DNA of 64,000 nucleotides. Origin: Lytechinus pictus. Its lineage: Eukaryota. The position numbers and the translations under genes are program-made. Positions within the stretch are counted from its first letter, which is position 1. Each line of letters begins with the position of its first letter. Shown piece by piece: positions 13,486 through 26,589 of the stretch. Below the pieces are notes generated by a model. It had not been told where the DNA came from. It saw nothing but the letters and a program-made list of their open reading frames with translations, and ran no database searches. The stretch is from positions 20,956,001-21,020,000 of the forward strand of contig NC_087248.1 in NCBI RefSeq assembly GCF_037042905.1. The letters run 5' to 3'.

Positions 13486-14670
13486 TCCAAATCCTATACG
13501 TTTTTTTTATGCTTGTTCGGTTTGTCTCATTGTCCTTGTCTTTCTATTGTACCTGTACTGTCTGAAAATCACTCGATAAACATGATAAAGGGTGGTGATC
13601 AACTGCCACTCTGATGGAAGCAAATGTTCAAGTTATAGATTACTTGATTATTGATTTTGGATCCTACTTCTGAAATAACAATTCCATTGGACTTGATCAT
13701 TCCTTCATTGCAAGACTAACAACGCAAAATGAAATCCGTAAATTTAATCCACAGATTCCCAGCTATTATAGTACAAAATGCAAATGTGGAAAAAGAATTG
13801 TCAAGTGCAAGTTCCTCGATCTTCCTTACTGTGTAGACCTTGGATGAGTCTGGAAAAGATTCATATGCAAGGAAAGAGAGTAATCGTTAATGTGAGAAGT
13901 TATTAGTGAAATTGAGAATATGAAAATTAGTAGATGAGATAGGTGAAGGTGATAGGTGAGGAGAATATAAAAGAAGATATGAAAAGTAGGAAGCGGGATT
14001 AAATGCAAGTTGCACAGGATACCATGCCTTCAAAACGTCATCGACTTCAAAAACCCAAGTGCCATCCGTCACAAAATGATAAAAGACACCATCTTGTTCT
14101 AAAGATCGACTTCCACAGCACATCTGCAAGCAACAGACACCCCCACCCGACATCATTGCCACAGAAAACACCTTCTCACTTTCAAAGCACACCCTATGTC
14201 TATGACAGTCCGCACTGCAGAGGGCATGTTCATATACGACAGACAAGAAAAGACACCATCACTTGCATCAAGAAATGCCGTTCACACTGGAAGACATCAG
14301 GACCTAGATCACCCAGTCATCACCAGTCACCATGTCACCAAGCCATGCAACACCCTACCAGGCCACTATCACCCATCTCCTCCATCTACAAGAGACATCC
14401 CTGACGTAACCTGGAAGGAACTGAGAAACACCAACCCAGTCCTGTAGCAGGAAAGATGCGTGCGTGTACCATTGGAATCTGCATCCACCCATTCTTTCCT
14501 CACTCTGGACCCATCTCTCAATCAGATGGATTTAAGAGTGCAATCTGCCCAACTGCCCCTCCCCTAAGATGGATGTCGCCTTTAAACCTTTGATGGAAAG
14601 CATTCGTAATGGTGTCCCTCTCCTTCATTAAAAAGGCCACAATCACCCTATCCCGTCCCCTTCCCATGTA

Positions 14671-14881
14671 CACTCTAAAAAACTCCCAGTTCAGATTATA
14701 CCCAAAATGATTCCGTTGGGCCACGCTCTGTACCGGGTCAAAAATAACTCAGAATAAGATCCGATGTGACCATTTCTGGGCCACATTAGAACTTAGTCCG
14801 GTCATTTTTCACCCGAAACGGAGTGTCCACTCAACATACTGATTTTGGGTATATCTGAACGGGGATTTTTTTTTTTGAGTG
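14671..14881. mobile_element. CACTA-like MITE
   Basis: CACTCTAAAAAACTCCC ... GGGATTTTTTTTTTTGAGTG. Confidence 0.5.
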
Positions 14882-14994
14882 TACATGGGAAGGGGAATTG
14901 CTTAAGAAGACACGAAGCTGGTCGGTCTCCTATTAAGGGAAAGACTTTGGTCAAAAGTCGGGCTTGTCCCCCCCCCCCCCCCCCCGAACTACTC

Positions 14995-15870
14995 CCATGA
15001 GCCACAATCGCCCCATAGAGCCGCTATCGCTTCCAAGCGCTGCTATTGCTCCCAATAGCCGGTATCGTCCCCAAGAGCTACTATCGCCCCCAAGAGCTGT
15101 TATCTCTCCCAAGAGCTGCTATTACTCCCAACTGCCAGAGAGCCGCTACCGCACCCAAGAATCGCTATTCCTCCCATGAAGCCGCTATTGCTGCCAAGAG
15201 CCTCTATATCACTCCCAAGAGCTGCTATTGCTCCCAATAGCCGGTATCGCCCCCAAGAGCTGCTATTTGCTCCCATAACAGCCAAAATCGCCCACAAGAG
15301 CCGGTACCGCCCCCAAGAGCTGTTATCGCTCCCAAGAGCTGCTATAGCTCCCAAGAGCTGATATTGCTGGGAAGAGCTGCTGTCGCTGCGGAAAGCCGCT
15401 ACTGCTCCCATGACGCAGCTATTGCTCCCGAGAGCCGCAATTGCTCCAAAGAGTCACTTTTGCTCCCAAGAGCTGCTATTGCTCCCAAGAGCCGCTTGTG
15501 CTCCCAAGAGACACTATTGCTCCCAAAAGCCGCTATTGCTCCCAAAAGCCGCTATTAGTCCCAAGAGCTGTTATTGCTCCCCAAAAGCCGCTATTGCTCC
15601 CAAAAACTGCTATTGCTCACAAGAGCTGCTATTGCTCCCAAAAGCCGCTTTTGCTCCCAAGAGGCGCTATTGCTCCCAAGACCCGCTATCACTCCCGAGA
15701 GCAGCAATTGCTCCCAAGAGCCACTATTGCTCCCAATTGCTGCTATTGCTCCCAAGAGCCGCTATCGCTCCCAAAAGTCACTAACGATTTGTAGAGCCGC
15801 TTTGCACTCAAAATCTGCTAATGCTCCAAAGAGCTGCTATTATCCCTAACTGCTGCTATTGCTCAAAATA
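14995..15870. repeat. 19-bp minisatellite, ~45 copies
   Basis: Consensus GCTATTGCTCCCAAGAGC(C/T). Confidence 0.92.
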
Positions 15871-17397
15871 CTAGCTTGTTTTTTCCCATTTTGGTATTTT
15901 GTTTCTTTATGGCTATTTTAGTATTATTTTGTTTATGTTTTTTTTTAGAAATCCTCGGTTGATTGTTCAATTTTTTCACTGATTTGTGGTCTTGTTGATT
16001 TAGATTAGGGATGAATCAGACTAGCAATTCGATACATTTGGTATTCGGTAATTTTCAAATTTTCAAATAATATGTAAGGAAAATAATGAGAAGAATGTTT
16101 CAAAACATAGCCCTTCTAATACCCCCCCCCCCCATCCCCTGAATCCATCCATTACTAAAAATGTCCAACTTTTCCTCGAGCTTTTATATTCTCTTATGCT
16201 ACAAGTAATCTAAAGAAAGGTTTCATTCGGCTAAATCATTCTCAATAAAGATCATCAATGAACTGGATAATGGGCTAATCAATCAGTCTTTCAGGTCAAT
16301 CACCCTCTCCCAACATTCCACCATTGAACTGAACAAATTGTCCAATACGACTGTGGGGCGAATTGTTTTCCAAAGTTTCTATTTCTTAAGTTCTTAGGTT
16401 TGAGTCTTGTGTTGACATTCCCTCCCGAATCCCTCAGTATAATTCTCTTATTGGATGGAAAACCTCTCTGTTGCGTTATTATTTTTTTAAATCTTAAACA
16501 TTGTTGTTACTTATTCCAGATAATTCTAATAATGGAGTGATGTAGATTTTATTTAGGTTGACGGGTCTCGAAAGATGGTACCAAAAGTTGTGAATTCACG
16601 CCTTAACCAAAATGACTCAGTGTAACATGATTTAACAGATGTGGACAACACCAATACTTGAAACAGAGACAAACACAAAACAAGAAAAAAGAAAGAGAAA
16701 AGATCATGAAACATTAAAGACAGGAAACAAACAGTACGGCACGAATAATCCACCTTGGATGATGTCAATAAGATGTCAAACGTCATGTGACATTGACACT
16801 TGACCCTTTTTCTTTAGACCAGTTCAAGTTGTGTGAGACTGATCTTGCCAATGGTATTTAATTGACACGGAGATTGTTATCGACTCTGGTAGCTTATGCT
16901 TACTGTAAAAAAATATTATTATTATTATAATCTTAGGAGACTCAAGATGAAATAGAAATGAGTCTAGATTTTCCTTACAGGGTATTTTGATATTTCAGTA
17001 AATAGGACTTGGTGTCCTTGTTGAAAGCCTGGAGGCACAGCAAGGAATTGTGTTTAATAATCCTTCTTATGCACTTTGTTAGACAAAGTCCAAATAATAG
17101 ATCTAACAAGGAATCATAACTTTAATCTTTGATCCTCTATGATCAACAGACGGATACCCTCCAAATAATTTACAGAATTTATACTGCGGGGTTTGGTTTA
17201 CTTTGAGAAGGGTTTAGTAGGTAGATCAACCTCAACTTGAAGATTAAAAAAATCTTAAGATTTGTTTGGCCGAGATTTGTTTTTCTAGAAGAAAATTATC
17301 CAAAAACAGTGAATAGAAAGAGGAAATGAAAGATCCAACTTCATAAGTTTAGAAAACAGTGAAACCAAAAGTTTTGAATTAGTAGATTCTAATGACT

Positions 17398-17726
17398 TTA
17401 AACAAACCGTGATCGGGAATATCTTTGGGCACTTATTTCTTCGGGTATTTCCTCCTGGTCACTGCTCGAGGTACAGGAAGGTGCTCGAAATGTGACGCCT
17501 GGTGATGACTCATGGTTGAGGGTCTGCTCAGTTGCAGATTGGTCGTTGGCCTCGACGACTTCGGTCTGTTCTGGCTCGATAACCTCGAGCACTTCTTCCC
17601 TGGTTGTTCTAAGAACGATATCCCAACCTTCTGTGAGCTGGGTACGCTTATGAAGCACAAGAACAGAGTGAGGTCGTGCAGGAGGAATAGGCTTCATTTC
17701 TCCAGTCTGATTGACAGTCTCATCTT
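17398..17726 (-). CDS. Uncharacterised gene exon 4 (terminal coding exon)
   Basis: taacag|DETVNQTGEMKPIPPARP...RYSRSRFV*; phase 1 start. Confidence 0.8.
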
Positions 17727-20700
17727 CTGTTAAAAACAAATAGTGGAGGAGAAAAAAAAATGCAGTAATACAGTATATGTCACTTTATTTTTCATCATGA
17801 GTTATCATTATTCGGAGATGCAAATAAACGACAGAGGCCTTAAAGCTCGCTATGTGTAGACAGGCTAGGGTTTCTAAAAACTGGCTTGCCAATTACTATT
17901 TCTATTGTATGGAATAAAAACATGAAAAAAAAATTGGGGGTGAATATAAAATATGCTGATAATCGCACATTCCTGTTCCATATCTTTTTCTCCCTCTCCT
18001 ACAATCTATATATCTCTGTCTCTCAAGTTTTATGTCTATTATTTTGTTTCGTCGTGGTTATTAATACTATATCATTTCATTAAACATAAGTTTGAAAATA
18101 AATCTACGAATGAAAGTTTTTTGGGGGTGAGTGACAAGCACTTGTGACGCCTTACGCCCATGCTCATTTACCTGAAGGTTTTGTTGTTTCAGTAATTTTT
18201 GCGTTGCTCTTTTTCATAAATTTGCGTGAATTATCTCCACGATTCCCACCATGGCTTGAAGGCGGAAGAGGTTCCAGGCGATTCCCGGCCTGCCTTGGTT
18301 GTGGTTGATGAACCCTATGATTCCCGCCTCGGTTGGATGATGGGGGGAGTGGTTCTAAATTTCCTCCCCGCATTGATGGTGCTTGGCGTGGTAGGCCCAC
18401 CCCAAGATTCCGGCCTGGAAGCGATGGTGGCTGCAGTGGTTCCCGATGGATTCTGCCTTGTATCGGTTGTGGTGCGCGTGGCGCACCATGATTTCCGCCT
18501 CGCATCGTTGGAGGTGGGCGTGGCAACCCCTCAATTCCGCCTTGTCTCGGTTGTGGTGGGTGTGGAAGCCTTTGAATCCCGCCTTGCCTTGTTGCCATCC
18601 TCCCTGGGGGCACGTCCATTGAAATCAAGCCTGGTCTTGGCGGAGGAGCTAGGGGATCCACCTTCAGAAAATTAGTAAAGATTAAGATAGATATCTTTCA
18701 TTTCATCTTCAGATTATTCCATAAAACAACCAAAATGCTGTTCCTCTAATCAAAAAATGATGTCAACGCTTTCAGCTGCCGTCTTCTTTAAATGAATGTT
18801 TCGAAGTTTAAAATCAAAATAATGGAAAGGTTTTGAAGTAATCACATAATTTGAGGTATGTATGTAGGTATCAACATTACAACGGGGATAATCAATGTAT
18901 CCCATGGTTTCCTATTACCGTTCAAATTCCCACTGATTCCCAAATTAACCAATTAATATTCATTGCGGCATAATGGGACAAATTTGCCTGCCATTTTTTC
19001 AACCCTGATTGAGCTGGATGCCTCTTTTTTTTTCATTTCGGGTTCTAGTATACTGTATTTTACATTTACAAGACAATTTATTTGCTTAGAAATATATATT
19101 TTAATCATTTTATTTATGTATAAAAATTATGATATATCTGATGGGTGAATTTGAACTTACGCCCCCATTGATTCTTCTCTTGGCCAGGGAATTGCTACGT
19201 GCTCGTGTGTTTCTCGCCGCCGTCGGTGGGCGTGGTCCAGGTGGAGGTCGTGGGTTTGAAGGAAATTGTAGAGGAGTGACGGTGGTTTCGGTGCCATCTG
19301 ACGTAGGAGTGGCCTGAACGTCATTATCTGGTGGGGTTTGTACTTGAGCAACTAGAGGCGTTGGCGTGATGGGCGGGAGCGATGGTTGAGACTCTGCTAT
19401 CAGTGCCTCCAGTTGCCGATCAAGATAATCTGCATCTGGAAAGGGGGGAGCCAAGAAAATCAAATGTTTTACATATTTTTCTCCTTATGATCTGTAAGCA
19501 CAATCACAAATCCTTTTTCAAGTTAGCTGTGTTTGGTATTTGTTCTAATTGCGCAAAGAAGACACATTTTAATTACTTTCATGTTGTCTTGATTTTTATT
19601 TTGTCTGACAAAGATGCATTTTGTAATGTCCTCATTAGAAGATGATGCATATACAATGCAGGGGCCGCGGAACCGGGAGGGGGGGCTGGGGGGGGGGGGG
19701 GCTTCACCCCCCCACTTTTTTCCAAAACCGTGTACAAAAACGTAAAAATGACCATATGATTGTGATTTTTAGCATGATCAGCCCCCCCCCCCAACTTTTG
19801 GCTCAGCCCCCCCCCCCACTTTGAAAGCCGTTCCGCGGCCCCTGCTAATGTGGTTTGAAGGACATGGAGTTGGGGCCACACTACAAAAACTGTGGTGTTG
19901 ATTTAACACCAGCTCGGATTCTATATATGTCCACACCAGAGAAGTGTTAAACAATAGGTGTTTATAAAACACCAATTGGTATTAAAACAGCATCGGTTTG
20001 ATTCCAAATTGGTATTGTTTCAATACTTCTCTGGTGTGGACATAATAGATTCCGGGCTGGTGTTAAATCAACACCGGAATTTTTGCAGTGCAATTGGGGT
20101 CAATTTCATCAGCCCCCACGCAGTATGCACATCAAAAATTGGAAGACGACAAATTACACAAAAAAAGTATATGCGTCAGATAATTAAACATTTGATTCAT
20201 GTAAAAAAATTATAATACGTGAAAAGAGAATAATACGTTTACAGATGTTCACCCTGACTCAACAATACTATCATCATATTTACAAATTAGCAATAGTTAA
20301 TGTATATATTCGAAGTCTTTTTACCTCAACAATACTGTGTAGAATGTTAGTTTATTTTATTATTTGCTGTATTTTGATACTATATGCGTACAAACAAGGC
20401 CCATTTTATACCAATAGTGATTATGGAAAGGCTAAAGCCTTTACCCCTGTATAAAGAAGGCTGAATAAAATGAGTAGATATATCAAAAATAAAGAAATCA
20501 TATCAATACAAGAATGGTATTGAAATAAGTATTGATAATGACGTTCAAATTGTTGAAAAAATATTAAGATATAAACACAGCCATTGTAATTTTTCAAAAT
20601 AAATTATAGTTTTCAATGATAATTATGTGACCAAAAATCAAACAAATTTATAAAATTAATCCGATTAAATTATTTGATACGTTATCAATGAAATTAATTG

Positions 20701-23700
20701 TGAATTTCTTAGTTTGAAAATCGATCTATAAGATTTGTTTCGGGGAAAATTAGATATTAGATTATGAAAAGGTTAAATTCAAAAACCTAAGATTTTTAAT
20801 CTAATTTAAGACAGGTTTCTTATAGCATTGAAAAAATATGTAAAGAAGGGAAGTGGTAAAAGTTGATGAAAAAATAAATTTTTGATTTTATAGAACATAT
20901 AACGCTAAATAACAGTATATTGATTAAAATCATATTTAGTATTGGCTTTATAACATGTGGGACTAATTCGTGGGAATACTTAAAACCTAAATGAATAACT
21001 CAAGGAAATACAAAAAGTATCATAATAATGAACCCCAAAAAAATCGTAGCCCGAATTTATGCCAATATAATGAATTCGCATTAAAAGTTTGGCCAAATCA
21101 TTTGTAATAGGTCCATGGCCAAATTAACAAAGATGAATTTGTTAAAGGGGGATAATGTTCAAAGCCCAATTACTTAAAGGAGAATGAAACTCTTGGAGCA
21201 AGTTAGCTTTTGTGAAAGCAGAAAAATCAAAGAGTAACATCAACAAAATTTTGAGTAAAATAGGACTAGCAATAGAAGAGTTATGAGCATTTGAATGTCG
21301 AGATCACTAATGCTATGGAGATCCTCCCATTGGCAATGCGGCCAAGATCTATGATGTCACAGAATGAGATGAACAACTCTCCCCTTTTGGACACTGAAAA
21401 TATACCCCAAAACATCTCTTTTTGCTCATTCGAATCATATGACAAACGATTCATCAATGATATAATGTTGTGAAACCTTTGTACTTGTCCTCTCATAAAG
21501 AGAACACCTCACATTGTGATAGACTCTATAAAAGTGACTAAAGTAATGAGGGAGTTGTACGTGTGTGACATCACAGTTCTTGGTCGCATTGCCAATGGAA
21601 GGATCTACATGGCATTAGTGATCTCAATATTCAAATGCTCATAACTTTCTTATTATTCATTCAATCTTCCTCAAACTTTCAACAATATGTTTCTTTGATT
21701 TTTCTCTTTGATATGGATTCAGCTGGTTTCAAGGGTTTCATTCTCCTTTAAAATAGTTGGCAATAATTTATTGGTTAAAGGGGAAGTTCACACTGACAAA
21801 GAGTTTATTGTAAAAAATAACAGAAAACAATTATTAAAACATATTGGCGAAGGTTTGAGGGAAATCGCTCAAAGATTACATATAATAGAATTTTAATTAT
21901 TTGATTTTTGACGTCATATGCGAGCTGTTCCCCTACATATCGTATGGTATAACAAATAAATGAACTGTCATTTCCTCAGAAATATAAAAATTATTATTGT
22001 TGTACCTTAAGTATATAAAAACACAAATAATTTCACACCCGCTTCTAAAAAGAATATCAAAAATAAGTCATCACGAACCATTAAAAAAATGAAAGTTGTG
22101 CATTAACATATGGGGCCCGGCAGCTGCTCGTTTATGGAGTCATAAATCAAAAACTTGAAATTCTAATAACTTTCTTAATTGTTAATGAATTTCCCTCAAA
22201 CCTTCACCAATATTTTTCATTATTTTTTCTGCGTGCTATTTTTACGACAAAGTTTTCGTCAGAATGAACTTCCCTTTAAATTCGCTGGTTGACACTATAC
22301 CACCAAGCAGGGTCAATTTGACTGTTTTCTATGATAGACACTGTAACTTTCATGAAGCAGCATACTGCTTAAAAAAATCATTTGAATAAGTTATAAGTAG
22401 TTGACTGTTTTTTTTTCAGTTTGAAGGGCTTGTGCAAGAGAAAAACTAAGACAAAAGAGCTTTGGTAAAAAAAAACTTTTATTTTTTTTTCTTTCAAATT
22501 CCAGCCCTTTAGTGAAATGCACGTCGTCATGAATACTCATTAGTTGAGCTGATGATGTCACATTCCCACTTTCATTTTTCTTATGTTAGTACGCCCGGTG
22601 AAATCATAATTGTTTCATTTTTCATACATGTACATGTGTGAATGATATATCTCCATTATAATAAAATAAATTGCAGCAATGAATATTTAATGCACTTAAT
22701 TAGTTGTCAATTAAATTTTTTTTAGTTCTTGATAGAAAAATTTGAATAAATCTTATTTCATATAACAAAATACAAAAGAACAAGTTGGGATATGACATCA
22801 TCAGTTTGCTCATTGAATATTCATGAAGACATGACTGGATCTGTTTCCCCGGAATAATGCAAATTTTTAAAATGCCATAGCCATGTTATTCCATGTCTGA
22901 TTTTGATCAAATTTTCAGTATTTTGTTTGATATTTCTTTGTTCAAATCATTATTTTCAGCCTGGAGTATCCTTTAATGGTGACCCTGCACACAGGTTATG
23001 CAGCGGCTGTAGCCCCCCCCCCCCCCACATCTGTATTACCACCACTTACACTATGATATTTCTTGCCACAGTTTGGTGACTTTGGTCAAACAGATATAAT
23101 AATTCCATTTGAAGTTTATCATCAATAATTTTTTTGTTCGATCTATTTTAAGGTGTTTGCAGATGTCTACTTGGATTTTTCTTTAATTAAACTTATATAA
23201 TTCCACTTCTTGAAAAAAAGAGAAGTATATTCTGAAGAAAGTAAAACAAAAATAATAATCAGCTTTAATGATGGCCCTGCACACAGGGGACAATGGGGGG
23301 GGGGGGCTAGAATAAAGTTGATATCTTTTTTTTTTCTCATATCTATTACTAAGGTATCAAAATTACACGATCAATATATTTCTCCGTTTAACAATATCTC
23401 TCTTCCCTTTCCCCCTCCTTTTCTTTTTTTAAATATTTTTTTTCAGGTGTGGTCGCCCCACTCCAAGCCCCGTATGGCCACCACTTATGGATTAAAATTT
23501 CTTGCCACATATTGGTCAAATAAGTTGATAGAATAATGATCCAATTCAAGGGGGCACATTTTCCCCGAGATAAAATTTGACAAGCAATTATACACACACC
23601 CTCACACACACACAAAAAAGGTATTCAACACAAAAATAAGTACAGTTCGTCAACGAGAAAATTTGCCAAGGCCCTTGCTTTCAAGGGGGTGGGGGGCACA

Positions 23701-24113
23701 GTCGTGTTTTAACGACATTTTTACATTACAAATTAAAATTGTGCCTCTCAATGGGGGGGGGGGGGGCACGAGCCGGCTGTGCCCCCCCCCCCCCCCGTGG
23801 ATCCGCCAGTGATTCAATTTGAAGATTATCAATAATTACACGAAATATTATCGTCAGTTCGCACATCTCCACCGTGTTTTTTTCGTCATGGTAAAAAAAA
23901 ATCGTATAAACTCAATTCTTGAAAAAATTTATAAAAAATTAATCAAGATTTCTTACACATCATTCTCTCAATGCGCCTTGCATTGGCACGTAACTCCTCA
24001 ATATCTTCATCGGGGTGTACTTTGATGGGTGATGATGGTCTAACGTTAGGGATGTATCCCTTAACTCGAGGTAGTTCTCGCATTTTCCCTGATTTTTTCT
24101 GATTTCCTGACAT
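17398..24113 (-). CDS. Uncharacterised 416-aa Pro/Arg/Gly-rich, largely disordered protein; 4 exons (24113-23957, 19435-19161, 18661-18172, 17726-17398)
   Basis: GC-rich open islands bounded by GT-AG sites; phases 1, 0, 1 join into a 1251-nt ORF from aaaATG (24113) to TAA (17400-17398). I recognise no family. Confidence 0.75.
18172..18661 (-). CDS. Uncharacterised gene exon 3 (RGG/Pro repeat exon)
   Basis: tactaat branch-like site and ctgaag|VDPLAPPPRPG...TTKPS|gtaaat, phase 0-1. Confidence 0.82.
19161..19435 (-). CDS. Uncharacterised gene exon 2
   Basis: ttccag|ADYLDRQLEALIAESQPSLPP...PRPPPGPRPP...RARSNSLAKRRINGG|gtaagt, phase 1-0. Confidence 0.8.
19659..19844. mobile_element. MITE with CAGGGGCCGCGGAAC TIRs (copy 2)
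   Basis: Same TIRs and internal sequence as 588-755. Confidence 0.85.
19879..20090. mobile_element. CACTA-like MITE
   Basis: CACTACAAAAA ... TTTTTGCAGTG ends with internal AACACC/GGTGTT palindromes. Confidence 0.65.
21178..21747. mobile_element. TTAA-flanked MITE (Kolobok-like AGG...CCT ends)
   Basis: TTAA|AGGAGAATGAAAC ... GTTTCATTCTCCT|TTAA; long internal inverted symmetry. Confidence 0.8.
21779..22275. mobile_element. TTAA-flanked MITE (Kolobok-like)
   Basis: TTAA|AGGGGAAGTTCA ... TGAACTTCCCT|TTAA. Confidence 0.8.
22500..22972. mobile_element. Truncated copy of the 37106-37611 MITE family
   Basis: Shares the ATGAATA(T/C)TCATTAG..GCTGATGATGTCACA core; right end CAGCCTGGA...CCT|TTAA. Confidence 0.65.
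23957..24113 (-). CDS. Uncharacterised gene exon 1
   Basis: MSGNQKKSGKMRELPRVKGYIPNVRPSSPIKVHPDEDIEELRANARRIERMM; donor GTAAGA, phase 1; too short for the ORF track. Confidence 0.65.
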
Positions 24114-26589
24114 TTTACTTTGATGGACGTTTGAGTTTTCACTCCCTTCTTTCTCGTTAATAAGACCACTTTAATGTAATGTTGTGAATATTCTGTTGAT
24201 AGGGTATAAAGTGCGCGCTGAGCCATGACGAAACAATCATTCAGGTAGCATGATGCAATGCGCGAAATTCATTAGCGAGCGCATTTGATTGTGACGTAAA
24301 CGCCAATTGGAACGATGACATATACCCTCTTCTATATCAGAGCCCGTAGGGCGGGGAGGAGGGGGGGGGGGCTTTATAGATGAAGCTGAAAGTCCAATTA
24401 CCCTATTCTTTCGTCCTTCATCTAAGTTTGATATTTTCCACATCCGGGATATTTTCCCCACCAACAAGGGTGACACTACATCACATGGGTGGGGGGGGGG
24501 GCAATTCTCGACCCCATTTTTCATTTTCAATTATCTGAATTTTTTTTTAAATGGTGATAACAAAGGAGGCCGGAAAGAGGGGGAATATGGAAGAAATAAA
24601 CAAGAAGAACATATTGATACATTGGCATGGTATATGTCAATGTATGAATTTTAAGTGATCTAGTGAGCAATCAAAGTAGCGTTAAAATGTAAATTTGTAT
24701 ATAGAAATCGTTGGTATCCCGTGTTGACTGCTAATCATTCTCTCTTATCTCACTTTTGATAACGTGGTATTTTGTTTGTTTTCAAATTTACTTTAGGGCC
24801 TATATAATTCCTATGTAAATTTATGTTCTGATAAGGCTACATTCACAAACTTGATTTAAATCGTCAAAGTGGATTATCAAATGAGCATAATTTGCATAGA
24901 TACCAATACAATACAATATTAGGTTTGCATATACCTTTTGTGTCTGTACACGTTGTTTATTACTATATCTTGTTTATTACTTGCCTATTATTACTATTAT
25001 TGCTATGATACTGTTTTTATTTCTTACCACCAAAATGGTGATGTGCATGCCACCATGTAGTTAGAAAAAATAAATAAATGAATGAAAAATTATTTTGCTT
25101 TCTAGCAAGTTTTAGAAAGTGTGTCCCATACGCCATACGCTTCTGCCTTTGTATCCGCGTCTTACCATTCCCGCCTCTTAAGAATATGCGGTCTATTAAT
25201 TTATTATCATTATTATTTTTTGATGTTGGGAAGATAGCTAGGATCAGGGGCGAATCCAGGATTTTTCGAAAGGGAGGGGCACATTTTCCCGAGGAAAAAT
25301 TTACAAGCAAAAAAAAGGGACTTCACTTTCAAGGGGGGCACATTTTTGTTTAACGGCATTATTATATTACAAATTTTGATTGTGCCTCTCAAAGAAGGGG
25401 GCACGGGCTGGCTAAGCCCCCCCCCCTTGGATCCGCAGTGGCTAGGATATCTTAATAGGGGGAGGAAGAGATCATGAAGGTGTAAAGCCTAATTCCATGA
25501 CAAAATTATTGAATGACGTCGGGGGCAGATCTAGCTTTTTTTCCAAAAAGGGGGTTAAACCGAGGAATTTGACAAGCAAAAAAGGGGCTTCATTTACATA
25601 ACGAAGGTCATTTCAGTATCCAGAAATTTGACCCCCAAAAAAGGTTTCACTTTATAATAAATCAGCTAATTTGGGGGTGACTCCAAAATGTAGCAAAATG
25701 TAGGTCATTACTTGACTTGGCAGCCCCCAACGGGGTAGTTAAATCCCCCCATAGATCCGCCACTGTTGCCATACTTGTAGCGCGCTATTGAACTTCATGA
25801 ACTGAATCCCGATCTTCCACATATTCCTGATTTTTTTTTTCGAGAAAGAAAAATTGGGCACTTATTTAAATTGTAACGTGCATTATGGAGTTGTGACATT
25901 ACTTTTACATCGGTTTTCCCCTTATCTGTCTTGTCAGTTTTGCTTAGTTTGCTGTCCGAACTATTTCTTATACCAGATATTAAGTAAACGAAATTAATTT
26001 TTCGTTACTCAGTTCTCTTTTGTGCTGACTCTCATCCCTGAGTGCGAAAAAAAATACGAATGAGCATAATAACTTCGTGTCTACCATTTTACCTAGCTTC
26101 TTCTCCCTTTTTCTTTTTCTTTCACCTTTCAACCCCCCCCCCCCTTCATTTCCTTCTTCTTTGGTCTCCTCTCCTCATGGCAGAGTACAATTAGTTTTGC
26201 CGAGCGCATGTGCGCGGACAGAAAAAGAAATTAAAAAAAATAGTTATGTATGAATTGTCTAGTCATATATTTTGCATATGATTGCAGTAAATAAATGTAT
26301 ATACAATTAATTTGTATGATTGGGAGTGGGAGTCCGCGGACACCTTTTAAAATTTTGAAGCCTTCTTTTTTGTCTTGGATTACAATAGACTATGGATTGA
26401 ATAGTTGAAATCATATTCTATTTTGTTCTCTATGTATATTGTCTAACCCTTTTAATAAAAGCTGATGAAACTTTATTTGTAATTTTTTTCCGAGTGGCTG
26501 TTTATTTTATGATTGACTGTCCCGAAGTCCGGACGCTCATTCCCGTTTGCTATGTCGCCCGCCCTCATCGGTCATGAGACTCACAGTGT

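Noticed and set aside
14964-15849. Stack of overlapping Cys/Pro-rich ORFs
   Set aside because: A by-product of the 19-bp minisatellite; no splice or start context
23960-24226. 88-aa ORF as the first coding exon of the minus-strand gene
   Set aside because: It terminates 3 nt before the donor; only the frame from ATG 24113 splices in phase to exon 2
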